A stretch of 64,000 nucleotides of DNA, taken from contig NC_043009.1 of NCBI RefSeq assembly GCF_006345805.1, positions 56,668,001 to 56,732,000 on the forward strand. The letters are read 5' to 3'. Of this stretch, positions 63,440-64,000 are shown one piece after another. The number at the start of each line of letters is the position of its first letter. Within the stretch, counting starts at the first letter, position 1. The notes beneath the pieces were generated by a model. The model did no database searches, was not told the origin of the DNA, and saw only the letters and a program-made list of their open reading frames with translations. The stretch is from Octopus sinensis. Taxonomy: Eukaryota. The position numbers and the translations under genes were made by a program.

Positions 63440-64000
63440 TCCTTTCGGTCGGGCGCTGATAAACGTAGATCAGACTTAAAGATTCCGACGGAGTTAACAT
63501 CACTCTATTAAGGCTTTCCCAAGCACAGCCGGGTCAGGTCCACTTTAGCTGGATGGATCGTTACAATGTACAACAGCATCTGTTCGGTGGTCAAACTCAA
63601 TGGTCACCTCCCAGAATCGGTTAACATTGTGCGCTTGGAGTGTTACTGATGACATCTTTCATCTCTCCTGTACTTTGCCATGCTCGACTCCTTGCTGCAA
63701 AAGTTAAAGGTTTTGAGGAGAAACGCACTTGGATTAGGACGCAAAGGGCCATGGAAGCATATGCGGATGTTGTCACATCAGAAATCGAGGTTGTTGGCAC
63801 CATATAGGATGAGTAGCAGATGAAAACTGAGTACGTATCAACCATGATAATTTTCAACTCGGTGCGTGGATAAACAAGTCCATATGTGAGTCAGAGACTT
63901 CTGCCGCTGGACCGAGGGTCTGGTTAAGGTACTCTGGTCTGGTTCAGTACAAACTTCTAGGAGAATAAAACTGAGTAAAATTCGCAAGTAAAACAGCCAG
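63440..64000 (+). pseudogene. Tx1/L1-clade reverse transcriptase remnant (runs off the window)
   Basis: ALINVDQ (cf. LINLDQxKAFD), WIVTMYNSICSVVKLNGHL, SLLYFAMLDSLLQKL, AYADVVT (YADD) and RWTEGLVKVL..VWF in RT order. Confidence 0.8.

Overview
AT-rich, microsatellite-saturated eukaryotic non-coding DNA. It most resembles an octopod (Octopus) genome; this is an inference from the SINE/LINE repertoire, not a search result. I could not identify any host protein-coding exon, and almost all ORFs in the supplied track are translations of (TA)n/(CA)n/(CATA)n tracts. The window contains three tRNA-derived SINE families (more than 30 copies or fragments) and remnants of RTE, CR1, R4/Dong and Tx1/L1 LINEs. 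It also holds Penelope-like pieces with inverted repeats and hammerhead-ribozyme motifs, mariner, Tc1, hAT and Helitron remnants, and Tigger- and hAT-type MITEs. Most notable: (1) a well-preserved, TSD-flanked, ORF1-only (gag/zinc-knuckle, no RT) retroelement at 43991-45444, nested inside a SINE inside a hAT MITE; (2) several type I hammerhead motifs with palindromic stem III in unrelated non-coding elements; (3) a SINE family forming head-less tandem multimers with a fixed, self-complementary junction. All protein similarities come from my manual translation and recalled family motifs. Coordinates of decayed elements are approximate.
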